Source: an uncultured bacterium (GTDB taxonomy: Bacteria; Planctomycetota; UBA8108; UBA1146). Taken from it: DNA of 49,854 nt. The notes beneath the pieces were generated by a model, which worked only from the letters and a program-made list of their open reading frames with translations, ran no database searches and was not told where the DNA came from. Positions 20,116-29,352 of this stretch are shown here, piece by piece. The position numbers were made by a program, and so were the translations under genes. Numbering within the stretch: the stretch's first letter is position 1; each line of letters starts with the position of its first letter. The stretch is from NCBI GenBank assembly GCA_937876125.1, contig CALEHF010000390.1, positions 1 to 49,854 of the forward strand. Direction: 5' to 3'.

Positions 20116-21018
20116 TCAGCTGCTGCGGCGGAACAAGTTCCTGAACACGTGGCCAGCGATCTGCGGGTTTTCACGCAAGCGGCGCGACGAGTACGCGTAC
20201 CACTCTTCTCCGAAGGGCACATAGACCCGTAACGGATGCTTCGCGGTGACCAGTTCCTGACGCATCGATTCGGTGACTCCGAGCAGCATCTGAAATTCGT
20301 AGCGCTCTGGTGGAATCTCGAGCTCTTTGATCATCGCCAAGGCGGCCTCGACGAGGGGGCGATCGTGAGTCGCAATTCCTACCTTCGCAGAATTCCCTTC
20401 GAAGAGCTGACGGAGGATCTCGGTGTAGGCGATCCGGATCTGTTCCTTTCCCTGGAACGCGATCGCCTGGGACTCGACGTAGATTCCTTTGCACAGTCGC
20501 AGAGTGGCGAGCCCTTCTTTGAGCAGCTGATCGACGTCTTCGGGGGTGCGCTTGAGGTAGGCCTGGACCACCGTGCCGACGCAATTCCAAGTGCGGCGCA
20601 GCTCTCGGTACAGATCGAGAGTGATCTGAGTGGCGGTGGCATCTTCCATGTCGATCCGCACGAAGTTCCCGCGGGTGGCGGCGGATGAGACTAGATCGCG
20701 CATCACCGAACGACACAACTCGGGATCGAAGCGCAGACCCATCTGCGAGAGCTTGACGCTGATGTTGCAGTCGAGGTGAGCCTTCTCGATCGCTTCGAGC
20801 GCCGCGAGATAGAGATCGCGCCCCTTGACCGCGTCCTCGGCGACAGCCGTATCTTCGCCGAGAACATCGAGAGTGGCGGACATGCCTTGCTCGTTGAGAG
20901 TGCGCACGCAGTCGAGCGCTGCTTCGAGAGACTTTCCGGCGATGTAGCGCTTCGAGACGCGCCACACGAGGGGCCGGGGAACGAGCGGAAGCAGGGTGAC
21001 GAGGGCTCGGTTCAACAT
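20116..21018 (-). CDS. Monofunctional proline dehydrogenase
   Basis: Start corrected to ATG 21018. RYIAG, LDVLGE, SVKLSQMG, RIDMED, QAYL, RLCKG, IATHD, EFQMLLG, RVYVPFG, RRLRENP. Confidence 0.93.
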   Translation of the reverse strand: MLNRALVTLLPLVPRPLVWRVSKRYIAGKSLEAALDCVRTLNEQGMSATLDVLGEDTAVAEDAVKGRDLYLAALEAIEKAHLDCNISVKLSQMGLRFDPELCRSVMRDLVSSAATRGNFVRIDMEDATATQITLDLYRELRRTWNCVGTVVQAYLKRTPEDVDQLLKEGLATLRLCKGIYVESQAIAFQGKEQIRIAYTEILRQLFEGNSAKVGIATHDRPLVEAALAMIKELEIPPERYEFQMLLGVTESMRQELVTAKHPLRVYVPFGEEWYAYSSRRLRENPQIAGHVFRNLFRRSS

Positions 21019-21249
21019 TCGATCTCCGCGCTCCGAGATGGGCCCCGAACCACCTGCGACCCGCGACGGCGCTCCGGCGCGAAGGGTGGTTGTCGCCCGA
21101 TCGCGCATGATACCCGGGACATCGGTGGAGTCTCCCAGATCCGCTGCGGCCGGAGGAACTCCCCTCGGGCAACTCGCACTCCCGTTCCCCGGCTCCCCGG
21201 GTATCATGCGGGCTTCTTCCACCCCACTGGACGACGGAGATCCCGATCT

Positions 21250-21690
21250 ATGAAGCAGACCCCCCGCTCTTACGCGGTACCCCTTGGTTACTTCGAGTGG
21301 CTCCTCGTGGGGTTCCTGCTGGTCAGTGGCGGAATGCACCTCTACGGCGGCTGGGCTCCGATCATCAGCGGCGGGGCGATGTCACGAGAGGAATTTTGGC
21401 GCGTTGCGGTCGGGACCTTCTCGCTGCTCCTGGCCGGTCAGGTCATTCTACGCACGCCGGTCGCCCGCTTCTCGATCGCGATTTTGTTCCTCTTGCAGAT
21501 CGGCCGGTGGGTCAATCGATTTGCGATCGAGAACCCAGAGTTGTGGCTGAGTTCGACCTGGGAGTTCCGAGTGCAACAGCTCGCGTCGATCGCGTTCTGG
21601 TCGATCGCGGTGGTCTGGGTGCTCTGCCGCCCTTGGCGCACGCGGCGACTGAAGTCTTTTGGGGATCCGATCGATCCGTATCTCCGGTAG
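21250..21690 (+). CDS. Hypothetical 4-TM membrane protein
   Basis: 146 aa from ATG 21250 with four hydrophobic segments; fills the gap between the ProDH gene and the next gene. Confidence 0.7.
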   Translation: MKQTPRSYAVPLGYFEWLLVGFLLVSGGMHLYGGWAPIISGGAMSREEFWRVAVGTFSLLLAGQVILRTPVARFSIAILFLLQIGRWVNRFAIENPELWLSSTWEFRVQQLASIAFWSIAVVWVLCRPWRTRRLKSFGDPIDPYLR

Positions 21691-21803
21691 CGCGACACCA
21701 TGGGTGGGCTCCTTGACCGGGGTGATGGCTCTTTCATCATCGATGGCGATCGATGCGCCTGATGCGCCGGTCGCGATCGTCGTCCCGCTCACTCAATGGC
21801 CCG

Positions 21804-22250
21804 CTACTGGCTCAGGGCCCACGGCTCGAAAGAGCCCCCCGTGATCACCCACGGCGCCGTCGGCTCGGCTTGGTCGGTCACACCCCACCACCATGGGGGT
21901 TGGTGTCGCTCCTCCGCCGTTCCATCGGCGGAGACCGAAAACTGATCCGCGACACGACCGTCGCGGGTGTACCAAGTCTGACGGAGTTCGGGATGCCAGC
22001 TCGTCACCTCTTCGCCGATGAACCCCGTCTCGAGATACCAGCCGGTGCGCAGTTGCATCTCGTTGCTTCGCTTGTGAACTCTGGCGTACCCACCGACCGT
22101 GTGGACCTCTTCCGTTTTTGGAATCGTGACTTTCCAGCTCCCGCAAATCGATTGCGTGTTCCACCACTGGGTGACCGCCGGCGCGATTTCGAGGCCGAGC
22201 CACACAAGGAGAAGGGAAACCGAGAGCGCGAATCGATAGCGGAGTGCGAT
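21804..22250 (-). CDS. Hypothetical membrane-anchored Trp-rich protein; start uncertain (GTG 22205 or non-canonical ATC 22250)
   Basis: The ORF track gives 21804-22205. The frame stays open back to the fucosidase stop and encodes a hydrophobic helix. WYLETG and WYTRDG are reminiscent of MORN-like repeats. Confidence 0.55.
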   Translation of the reverse strand: MALRYRFALSVSLLLVWLGLEIAPAVTQWWNTQSICGSWKVTIPKTEEVHTVGGYARVHKRSNEMQLRTGWYLETGFIGEEVTSWHPELRQTWYTRDGRVADQFSVSADGTAEERHQPPWWWGVTDQAEPTAPWVITGGSFEPWALSQ

Positions 22251-22277
22251 GGCGACTTCCTCTCCATTTGCTGCCTT

Positions 22278-23741
22278 TTACCGCTCGATGCGAACGACCC
22301 ACGCATCTTCTCCGGGCGGGGATTGACGGATCGCCGCGGGGACCTTCACGATGGTTTTCCCGCCGCGCGCCTCCATCGGTAAGGCTCCACCCGCACTTCC
22401 GACGAAGGTAGCCCTCGCCCCTTCCGCGACCGAGAGCGGCACCACGATGTCGGCGGGCGGTGCGGTTTCCCCATCGGCGGCGAGGTAGATCGCGTAGGTC
22501 AAACCGCCCTTCTGGGTGAGCGCCACCTGCCCCGCGCGATACGGCGGCAGCGCCCGCGTTTTGTGGATCGCCTCCGCGTTCACCTGCATCCACCGCGCGA
22601 CTCCGGCCATGCGCTCGTGCGCGATCGGATCCCACCGTCCATCCGGACCCGGTCCGATGTTGAGGAGCAGATTGCCCCCCTTCGCGACCACCTCGACCAG
22701 AAGATGAACGAGTCTCCGCACGCTCTTATAGCGATCTCCCGGCTTGTACGACCACTGATCTCCCATCGTGATGCAAGATTCCCACGCGTGAGCGAGCGGC
22801 GCGGGGGGGACCTTCTGCTCTGGGGTGTAGTAGTTCTCGTGGGGTCCCGCGACCCAGCGATCGACGACGATCAGTTCGCGGTTCTTCTCGCGCGCGCTCT
22901 TCGCGATCGCATCGATGTCGACGTCGTACTTCGGAGCCTGCACCCACGAACCATCGAACCAGAGAATGTCGGGGCGATACTTCGTCATCAGCTCATCGAT
23001 CTGCCGGTGCGTGAAATCGACGAAGCGTCGCCACCGCTTGGGGTTCGCGGCCACATCGTAGTTCGGAAACTTGTCGGGGGTGGGTCGTCCGCGATCCCAG
23101 AAATCGGGGTGGTTCCAATCGGGCTTCGAGAAGTACGCGCCGATCGGGAACCCCGCCTCGCGGAAGGAGCGGAAGATCGTGCCTGCGATGTCGGCGCGGG
23201 GATCGTCGTGGAACGGGCAACTCGGATGGGTCACCCGGAAGTCGGTTTCACCGGAGTCGAACATGCAGAACCCATCGTGATGCTTGGTCGTGAAGACCGA
23301 GTACTGCATCCCCGCCGCGCGCGCGGCCTCGACCCAAGCCTCGACTTCATAGCCGCGCGGATCGAACTCGGCATTGAGAGCTCGGTACCGCCTCCGGAAC
23401 TCGCGCAGATCACGACCGCACTCTTCCCACTCAGGTAGAGAGAACCGTCCGTACCCTTCCGCACCTTCCATCGGCCACGATTCCACTGCGCCCCAGGCCG
23501 AGTAGATCCCCCAGTGCTGAAAGAGCCCGAACTTCCAGTCTTGGAAGTCCTCGAGACGCTGGGCGAGGATCGGGTCGTCGATGGTCTTGGGCGGATACTC
23601 GCGCTCGTCAGACCCGAGCGTGGTTGCACCGAGCGTGGTTGCACCGAGCGGCGCGCTGAACTTCGGAACGAGCGGAGCGAGAGCGCCCGCGGCGAGGAGG
23701 GTGAGAGCTTCGCGGCGCGAGAGGGGCAATCGATCGGGCAT
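22278..23741 (-). CDS. Tat-exported alpha-L-fucosidase (GH29)
   Basis: Twin-arginine SRREAL; KFGLFQHWGIYS, TTKHHDGFCMF, DILWFDG, WESCITMG, KGGNLLLNIGP. Confidence 0.93.
   Translation of the reverse strand: MPDRLPLSRREALTLLAAGALAPLVPKFSAPLGATTLGATTLGSDEREYPPKTIDDPILAQRLEDFQDWKFGLFQHWGIYSAWGAVESWPMEGAEGYGRFSLPEWEECGRDLREFRRRYRALNAEFDPRGYEVEAWVEAARAAGMQYSVFTTKHHDGFCMFDSGETDFRVTHPSCPFHDDPRADIAGTIFRSFREAGFPIGAYFSKPDWNHPDFWDRGRPTPDKFPNYDVAANPKRWRRFVDFTHRQIDELMTKYRPDILWFDGSWVQAPKYDVDIDAIAKSAREKNRELIVVDRWVAGPHENYYTPEQKVPPAPLAHAWESCITMGDQWSYKPGDRYKSVRRLVHLLVEVVAKGGNLLLNIGPGPDGRWDPIAHERMAGVARWMQVNAEAIHKTRALPPYRAGQVALTQKGGLTYAIYLAADGETAPPADIVVPLSVAEGARATFVGSAGGALPMEARGGKTIVKVPAAIRQSPPGEDAWVVRIER
23614..23650. 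repeat. 15-bp tandem repeat x2.5 encoding LGATT
   Basis: ccgagcgtggttgca x2 plus ccgagcg. Confidence 0.9.
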
Positions 23742-23801
23742 AGGGATCCTCCGGGCTGTTCAGGTCAGCCCGGAGGATAACAGGAGTCGCGCCGACTGAC
23801 G

Positions 23802-24104
23802 TCACGCTTCCCGAGCGCCGCCAGACATGTTCTCCAACTGAGCCTCGAGCACCTCGACCTTCTTCCGCGCCTTCGCCACTTCTTCGAGCGCGTGCGCGAT
23901 CGAAGTCTCCTCGCGAAAAACCTCCGCCTCGTCGCGGTCGATCATTCGGTTCGCGCACGCCTTCCCGAGATCACGGTAGCTGTGCTCGAGAAACTTCCGC
24001 GCATCGCCAAGCTCGAGCTTGAGATTTGCAACCTCAGTGAGACGCTTCGCGCCCTCGCCGGCGGCGTGCAGCTTGTCCTTCATACGATCCATGAACGAAC
24101 CCAC
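23802..24104 (-). CDS. Small helical/coiled-coil hypothetical protein
   Basis: 100 aa, RBS TAAGGAG upstream of GTG; amphipathic heptads (FMDRMKDKL...YRDLGK...KKVEVLEAQLE). Confidence 0.75.
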   Translation of the reverse strand: MGSFMDRMKDKLHAAGEGAKRLTEVANLKLELGDARKFLEHSYRDLGKACANRMIDRDEAEVFREETSIAHALEEVAKARKKVEVLEAQLENMSGGAREA

Positions 24105-24422
24105 GCGCTGGCTCCTTACGTCTCACCCTACTTCTCAAATCGCACAAACAGGCTTCTCATGCGCGAGCACTGCTATCATCCCCCCTAAAGGAACTCTCCG
24201 ACAGCCTCTTTGCAATGCATTGGGATAATCGTGTGCGATGACTGACAATTGCGCTCCGACCGTTCCCAACAACCTCCTGCCCTCATTCTTGGTGAAGGGA
24301 GCGTTTGGTTCGAGTCGTGATCGCCACGAAAGTGATCTTTTGTGACAGTCGCATCCCGCAGACCCGAGGACAAACGGGGGCACCTCCCAAGGTGCCCCGA
24401 CCCTTCTTTTTGCTCGAGCAGC

Positions 24423-25582
24423 ATCCGTCCGTCGGGTGAGTTTCTCGTTCTGACCGATGGAACTCATCCGGAAAGCGCTTCGAGCAGGTCGTCGATCCAA
24501 GAGTTCGCCAGGTCGATGCATACTCTGAGATCCGCCGCGCTGCCGACGCGACACCATCGACCGAAATCAGCGGCTTGGCATTCGACAACGAGGGGTACCT
24601 GTTCATTTCCGACGCAGGAGCGGGAGCCTCGCCGTCTCACATCACGCGGATGCGCGACAACGACGCGGATGGATACTGCAGTGCCGCGGCGGGGGAAGTG
24701 AACGTGATCTACTCCACGGCGACCACGACCGGGTCGACGCTGACCGATATCACGGGGCTCGCCATTCGCGAGGATGGTTTCCTCATCGCCTCGGACGTGA
24801 ACTCGAACAACATGCATCGCTTGAGCGACTCAGGGATCGATGGCGATGCCAACGACGCGGGTGAACAACCGTTCTTCTTCATCTCCGATTCCACCGGGGT
24901 CATTCTCGGAGATTCCGAGAGCATCGCGTTCGCGCCTGGCGGCGCTGTCGTCGTCATGTACGTCAATCCGAGCTCGCCTACCGACTCGATCTTCCGCTTG
25001 CGCGACAACAACGGCAACGGCTTCATGAGCAATCCCGCCGAGGTGAACACGTTCTGGGGCTCGGCTTAGGCGAATGGGATCATCCCCGATGATGCGCGAC
25101 GGATCGCGGTCAATGAAATCGGTGCGTTGTTCGTCGCCGACCGTGGTACCGACCGCATCGTTCGTCTCCAGGATCTCGACAACAACGGCGATGCCAATGG
25201 GAGCGGCGAGGCGATGGTCTTCCTCGACAACTCGAACCTCTCCGGAGTGACGCTCGGAGATCCCTACGGGCTCGCCCTAGAACTCCCCGCGCCGCCTCCT
25301 TCCGGGCCATTCTTCACTCGCGGCGACGCGAATACCGATGGTGGGTTCAACATCGCGGACGCCATCTTCATTCTCGGTGTGCTGTTCAGCGGGAACCCGG
25401 CGGGCACCTGCGAAGACGCGAACGACGCGAATGACGACGGTTCGCTCAACATTGCAGATGCGATTTTTGCGCTGGGCGCACTCTTCGGCGGCGGCGGAAA
25501 TCTGCCGGCACCGTTCCCGGGGTGTGGACTCGACCCGACTGTCGACGCGCTGGGCTGCGCGGGTTTCGCCGCTTGTCCGTGA
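24423..25582 (+). pseudogene. Disrupted beta-propeller (NHL-like blades with DxDxDG loops) plus C-terminal dockerin-like gene
   Basis: ORFs 24575-25069 and 25127-25582 are in the same frame, separated by one TAG (25067-25069), and the 19 intervening codons continue the blade pattern. A further blade remnant (IRPSGEFLVLTDG, 24423-24461) lies in another frame. No signal peptide or good start was found. Confidence 0.75.
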
Positions 25583-25608
25583 TCCGCTGATCCGGTCGAT
25601 GTGAAGAT

Positions 25609-25647
25609 TGCGGTGCTCCGAGCAACTCGGAGCACCGCAGTTTTTTT
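25609..25647 (+). terminator. Intrinsic terminator
   Basis: 14-bp perfect stem tgcggtgctccgag-caa-ctcggagcaccgca followed by g and T7. Confidence 0.92.
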
Positions 25648-25682
25648 GTGCCCCTGCGGAGCGTGGGAAGGAGAGAGGCCCC

Positions 25683-26225
25683 TTAGTTGGCTGCGCGCTT
25701 GGCCCCCTGCGCCTTTCGGCGCCGCCGCTTTCGCACTACCGGTGTCGCCCAAATGAAGACTCCGCTTCCCGACAAGAACAAGAGACCCATCGCCACGATC
25801 GGCATGCCGTAGTCGTGCCACACCGATGCGAACCAGCTCCCGTCGTGGATCTCTTCGAAAAGGTCGGAGGGACGCCAGGTGTGACTGAGCACCTCGCCGG
25901 TGATCGCGTCGACCTGCACCTCTTTGTGATCGTGCTTCGAGAGAACCTTGTGGACGCGTTTGCCCGGGCGCAGATCGACCCGAGAAATGTCGTCGATGGT
26001 CGCGAACGCAGGGTCGCCGGTGGCGCGCGCCGCCTCGAGAACTTTGGCGATCGACAAGAACTCATCCACCGACCCCTCCTGGCCGACTTGCGTCGGTGGC
26101 TGGATCGAGGAGAAATTCTTCTTCACGAGAAGGAGAAACCCGGTAACCGAGGTCACCATCACGACGGCTGCGATGGTGAGCCCGATCCACTTGTGGAGGT
26201 CCCACGTCAACTTGAAGAGTGTCAT
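25683..26225 (-). CDS. PepSY-associated TM helix protein
   Basis: Start corrected to ATG 26225. WDLHKWIGL...VTGFLL, central PepSY-like EVQVDAITGEVL, FEEIHDG, LSGSGVFIW, and a basic tail. Confidence 0.85.
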   Translation of the reverse strand: MTLFKLTWDLHKWIGLTIAAVVMVTSVTGFLLLVKKNFSSIQPPTQVGQEGSVDEFLSIAKVLEAARATGDPAFATIDDISRVDLRPGKRVHKVLSKHDHKEVQVDAITGEVLSHTWRPSDLFEEIHDGSWFASVWHDYGMPIVAMGLLFLSGSGVFIWATPVVRKRRRRKAQGAKRAAN

Positions 26226-26349
26226 GCAGGTGAGTGTCGCAAGGAGGAGTGCGCGGAGCAACGGAGACCGAAGGGACAAACCGCCAAGGGGCAGCCCCCA
26301 CCAAGGAATGGCGCCAAGGGAGAGGCAGGGGGCGCAGCGCTCGCCCTGA

Positions 26350-26814
26350 TCACCAACGGCCGGTGCGTTCTGCCCCCCACGCCCCGTACATGCGCCGGAT
26401 GCGAGGGAACGGCCGCGGCCAGGGGAACCAGCGACGGGGCAGTCGCACATCGATGAGATCGATCCGAGCTCCAACATCGGCTCGCCGACTCGTTCTGAGA
26501 TAGCGCCCGTGGAGGAATTGCGCGGCACGGGCAATCCGGGCCACCTGCCGGGAGGAGACCTCGAGCGGCCTCTGGTCACGCCGGGTCTTCACCTCAACGA
26601 TCACGAGCGCCCACGGACGCCGCTCGACCGCAACGAGATCGATCTCCCCGTAGGGAGTCCGCACGTTTCGGCCGATGACCCGAGCTCCGCTGAGAGTCAG
26701 GTACAGAGCGGCGATCCACTCCCCGCGGCGACCGAGGGCGCGGCGCCCGTCGCGGCGAGGGGGTTTGGGGGGACGGCTGCGGCCTGAGGGAGGACGCGGG
26801 ATCGAACGGTGCAT
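26350..26814 (-). CDS. yraN: YraN/UPF0102 PD-(D/E)xK-like protein
   Basis: LGRRGEWIAA, RNVRTPYGEIDLVA, IVEVKTR, ARIDLI; sits downstream of rplS. Confidence 0.85.
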   Translation of the reverse strand: MHRSIPRPPSGRSRPPKPPRRDGRRALGRRGEWIAALYLTLSGARVIGRNVRTPYGEIDLVAVERRPWALVIVEVKTRRDQRPLEVSSRQVARIARAAQFLHGRYLRTSRRADVGARIDLIDVRLPRRWFPWPRPFPRIRRMYGAWGAERTGRW

Positions 26815-26997
26815 CGCGTCCGGATCCGTCGGGACGTCCTCAGAGGGACACCGTGGATGCGAAAACCCTCCGATCGGTGTCCCTGTCGGGCACCCGGTCG
26901 GAGGGTTCAGAGGTGCTGCCGAGGCAGCTCGTTTGGTTCGAGGTCGATCGGGAGGCCTCTCCTCCGACCGACCGCGTCGAAATCGGAACAGCGACTC

Positions 26998-27462
26998 TTA
27001 GCTTTCGGTTCCGGCCACTGCCGCGCCAGCCTCGGCCGGCACGTCCGCAACTTCGACAACCGGCTCCGGCTCGGGAGCCGGCGCGACTGCCATCGGCTTC
27101 TTCTTCCGATGACGCTCGCCACCGATGAGTTCTTTGACTTTGGTCGCCTTGCCGATGCGATCGCGGAGGTAGTAGAGCTTCGCGCGACGGACACGGCCCC
27201 GGCGCTTCACTTCGACCGCTTCGATCCACGGGCTGTGCAGCGGGAAGACCCGCTCGACACCTTCCGACGCTACGATGCGGCGAACGGTGAAACAGCTGCG
27301 GTTGGCAGCGTTCTTCCGAGCGATCACGGTACCGCTGAAGATCTGGATCCGTGTCTTGTCTCCCTCGATGATGCGCACGTGCACATCGACCGTGTCCCCG
27401 ACGTCGAATTCAGGAAGGGACGTCTTGAGCTGGCGGCGTTCGAATTCTTCCAGCAGGTTCAT
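26998..27462 (-). CDS. rplS: 50S ribosomal protein L19 with acidic C-terminal extension
   Basis: FDVGDTVDVH, RIQIFSGTVIA, FTVRR, GVERVFPLHSP, GRVRRAKLYYLR; start corrected to ATG 27462. Confidence 0.97.
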   Translation of the reverse strand: MNLLEEFERRQLKTSLPEFDVGDTVDVHVRIIEGDKTRIQIFSGTVIARKNAANRSCFTVRRIVASEGVERVFPLHSPWIEAVEVKRRGRVRRAKLYYLRDRIGKATKVKELIGGERHRKKKPMAVAPAPEPEPVVEVADVPAEAGAAVAGTES

Positions 27463-27570
27463 CTCAGATCTCCGCTCTTCGACCGCTCGCACGTCCCTTA
27501 AAGAGGATCTATGCGACGGGCGCACCTGCTCTCTCGAGCTGGTTCCTTCTGTTGGTTCCGGACCCGTCGA

Positions 27571-28323
27571 TCAAGTGCGGCGTCGTCGAGTCGCTTCTCG
27601 CGCGCGCTCGCGTCGCCACAATTCGATCCGTCCGTGATCCCCGGACTTGAGGATCTCGGGGACATCACGTCCCCGATAGTTGGTGGGCCGGGTCCACGAC
27701 GCGTGGTCGAGGCCCCCTTCGCCCGCACTCTCTCCCGCCCACTCCCCGAAGGAGTCGAGGCGAGCTGATTCGCTGTCTCCGAGAACCCCCGGCAAGAGCC
27801 GGGAAACGCCCTCGACGATCGTCATGGCAGGCACTTCGCCTCCGGAGAGAACATAGTCCCCCACCGAGAGGTGGCGCCAAGGATACGCTTCGAGAATTCT
27901 CTCGTCGTACCCTTCGTACCGCCCGCAGAGGAACACCAACCGGTCGAGACCGGCGAACTCCTCGAAGTGCGCCTGCTCGAGACGCTCCCCACGCGGACAA
28001 AGCAGCACCAACTGGGTCGATGCTTGCGCCGTGCTCTCAGGGGCCACGGTTTTTCCGACGGCGCCCCGGCCCTCTTCGCCCAGCCGTTCGCCGATACCCA
28101 GCACATCGAGCGCTCGGCAGACCGGCTCAGGCTTGAGCAACATCCCCGGGCCACCGCCGTAGGGACGATCATCGACCGCGTGGTGCCGGTCGCTCGTGAA
28201 CGCGCGCAGGTTGGAAACTCGAACTTCGAGCTGACCCATTTCCCGAGCGCGCCGCACCATCCCGTGGGAAAGAAACGGACGAAAGAAGTGCGGGAAGATC
28301 GTCAGAATGTCGACCCGCATCAC
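27571..28323 (-). CDS. trmD: tRNA (guanine37-N1)-methyltransferase
   Basis: VDDRPYGGGPGM, LCGRYEGYDER, SVGDYVLSGGE, VPEILKSGDH. Confidence 0.97.
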   Translation of the reverse strand: MMRVDILTIFPHFFRPFLSHGMVRRAREMGQLEVRVSNLRAFTSDRHHAVDDRPYGGGPGMLLKPEPVCRALDVLGIGERLGEEGRGAVGKTVAPESTAQASTQLVLLCPRGERLEQAHFEEFAGLDRLVFLCGRYEGYDERILEAYPWRHLSVGDYVLSGGEVPAMTIVEGVSRLLPGVLGDSESARLDSFGEWAGESAGEGGLDHASWTRPTNYRGRDVPEILKSGDHGRIELWRRERAREATRRRRT

Positions 28324-28332
28324 TACCGTCTT

Positions 28333-28647
28333 CTACTTGCCCGCAGCGGCGCGTTTCTTCGCGCGTTGAATCGCGCGTCGGCTGCGCTTCACCTGCCCGT
28401 ACTTCACGTCGACTTTGCGCAAGAACGACGTGACCGTCTGGGAAGGACGCGCGCCTTGATCGAGCCAATGCTGGACCCGATCGACCTTGAGCTTCACGCG
28501 GGTCGCGGCGTCCTCGACGAACGGGTCGTAGGTGCCCACGATCTCGAGGGACTTGCCCTGACGCGCGTTACGCTTCTCGATAGCCTCGACGCGGTAGAAC
28601 GGACGATGCCGACGTCCGCAGCGCTTGAGGCGAATCATGACCGCCAT
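28333..28647 (-). CDS. rpsP: 30S ribosomal protein S16
   Basis: IRLKRCGRRHRPFYRV, LEIVGTYDP, WLDQGARPSQTV. Confidence 0.97.
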   Translation of the reverse strand: MAVMIRLKRCGRRHRPFYRVEAIEKRNARQGKSLEIVGTYDPFVEDAATRVKLKVDRVQHWLDQGARPSQTVTSFLRKVDVKYGQVKRSRRAIQRAKKRAAAGK

Positions 28648-28775
28648 CGATACTCCGTGCTTCCCGGCTCCACATTGAAGCCTGCGTTTCAGTCCGGAAT
28701 TGGGACAATCCCAATCCGAGGGCTGTTTTGGGGATGGATGGGAGAAACGCCAGACTCGGCTTCCCCCAGGGTCCT

Positions 28776-28839
28776 TTGCTCGAACCCACTCCCTTGCTCG
28801 AACCCACTCCCTTGCTCAAACCCACTCCCTTGCTCAAAC
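28776..28839. repeat. 18-bp tandem repeat x3.5 in the rpsP leader
   Basis: ttgctc(g/a)aacccactccc x3 plus ttgctcaaac. Confidence 0.92.
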
Positions 28840-28930
28840 GGGGCGCGAGACTCCTCAAGCCGCAGAATCGGCGTCAAGAGCAGTCTGGAACGGGATCCCG
28901 CCGAGCATCCAACTCATGTTAAGACCGGCG

Positions 28931-28958
28931 ATTATAGGAGAGGGCCCCGGTCCTGCAA
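28931..28958 (-). promoter_or_regulatory. Candidate sigma70 promoter for rpsP-trmD-rplS
   Basis: Minus strand TTGCAG-16 nt-TATAAT; a perfect -10 in a GC-rich genome. Confidence 0.6.
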
Positions 28959-29031
28959 CGGCAATTCGCTGCGAAACGGCTGTTCTTGGCAGTTGGTTGA
29001 TAGATATCGAGCCAAAAAGAGCCTTGTGCTG

Positions 29032-29208
29032 GGAGGCTGTCGGGAAACTGCTTTCGAACCGACGGTTCGAGATTTCGGTGGCCTGTGCCCTCGGCAGGGC
29101 GCAGGCACACTGCTTTGTAGATCGAGTTCTGCCGAAGGTGCAGGACTGAGGACACATAGGGCCGGAAGCTCAAATCGTCGGTCGGAATGAGTTTTCCGAC
29201 AGGCCTCC
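29032..29208. mobile_element. MITE-like 177-bp imperfect palindrome
   Basis: The left arm ggaggctgtcgggaaactgctttcgaaccgacggttcgag... matches the reverse complement of the right arm (ggaggcctgtcggaaaactcattccgaccgacgatttgag...) over about 65 bp. No coding capacity. The terminus recurs at 31125-31150 and 24197-24208. Confidence 0.6.
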
Positions 29209-29352
29209 GAGGGTCGAACACGGAGTTCCGGCAATAGTGGACCCTTTCCTCCGCAAGCGCCACACGGCGGCTCGATCGCCGGGTACACTCCATTGTCTTC
29301 GTGCTGCTGGATCCATCGGCCGTACGGAGGTGTGTTGGAAAGCCCCATCATC

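Noticed and set aside
25067-25069. Amber recoding (pyrrolysine or alternative code) to explain the in-frame TAG
   Set aside because: TAG terminates many intact genes here (ffh, rpsP, rpmE, ndh), RF1 is present, and the same gene has other lesions at its 5' end.
28776-28839. CRISPR-like array
   Set aside because: Head-to-tail 18-bp units with no spacers and no cas genes; the same holds for the other short repeats.
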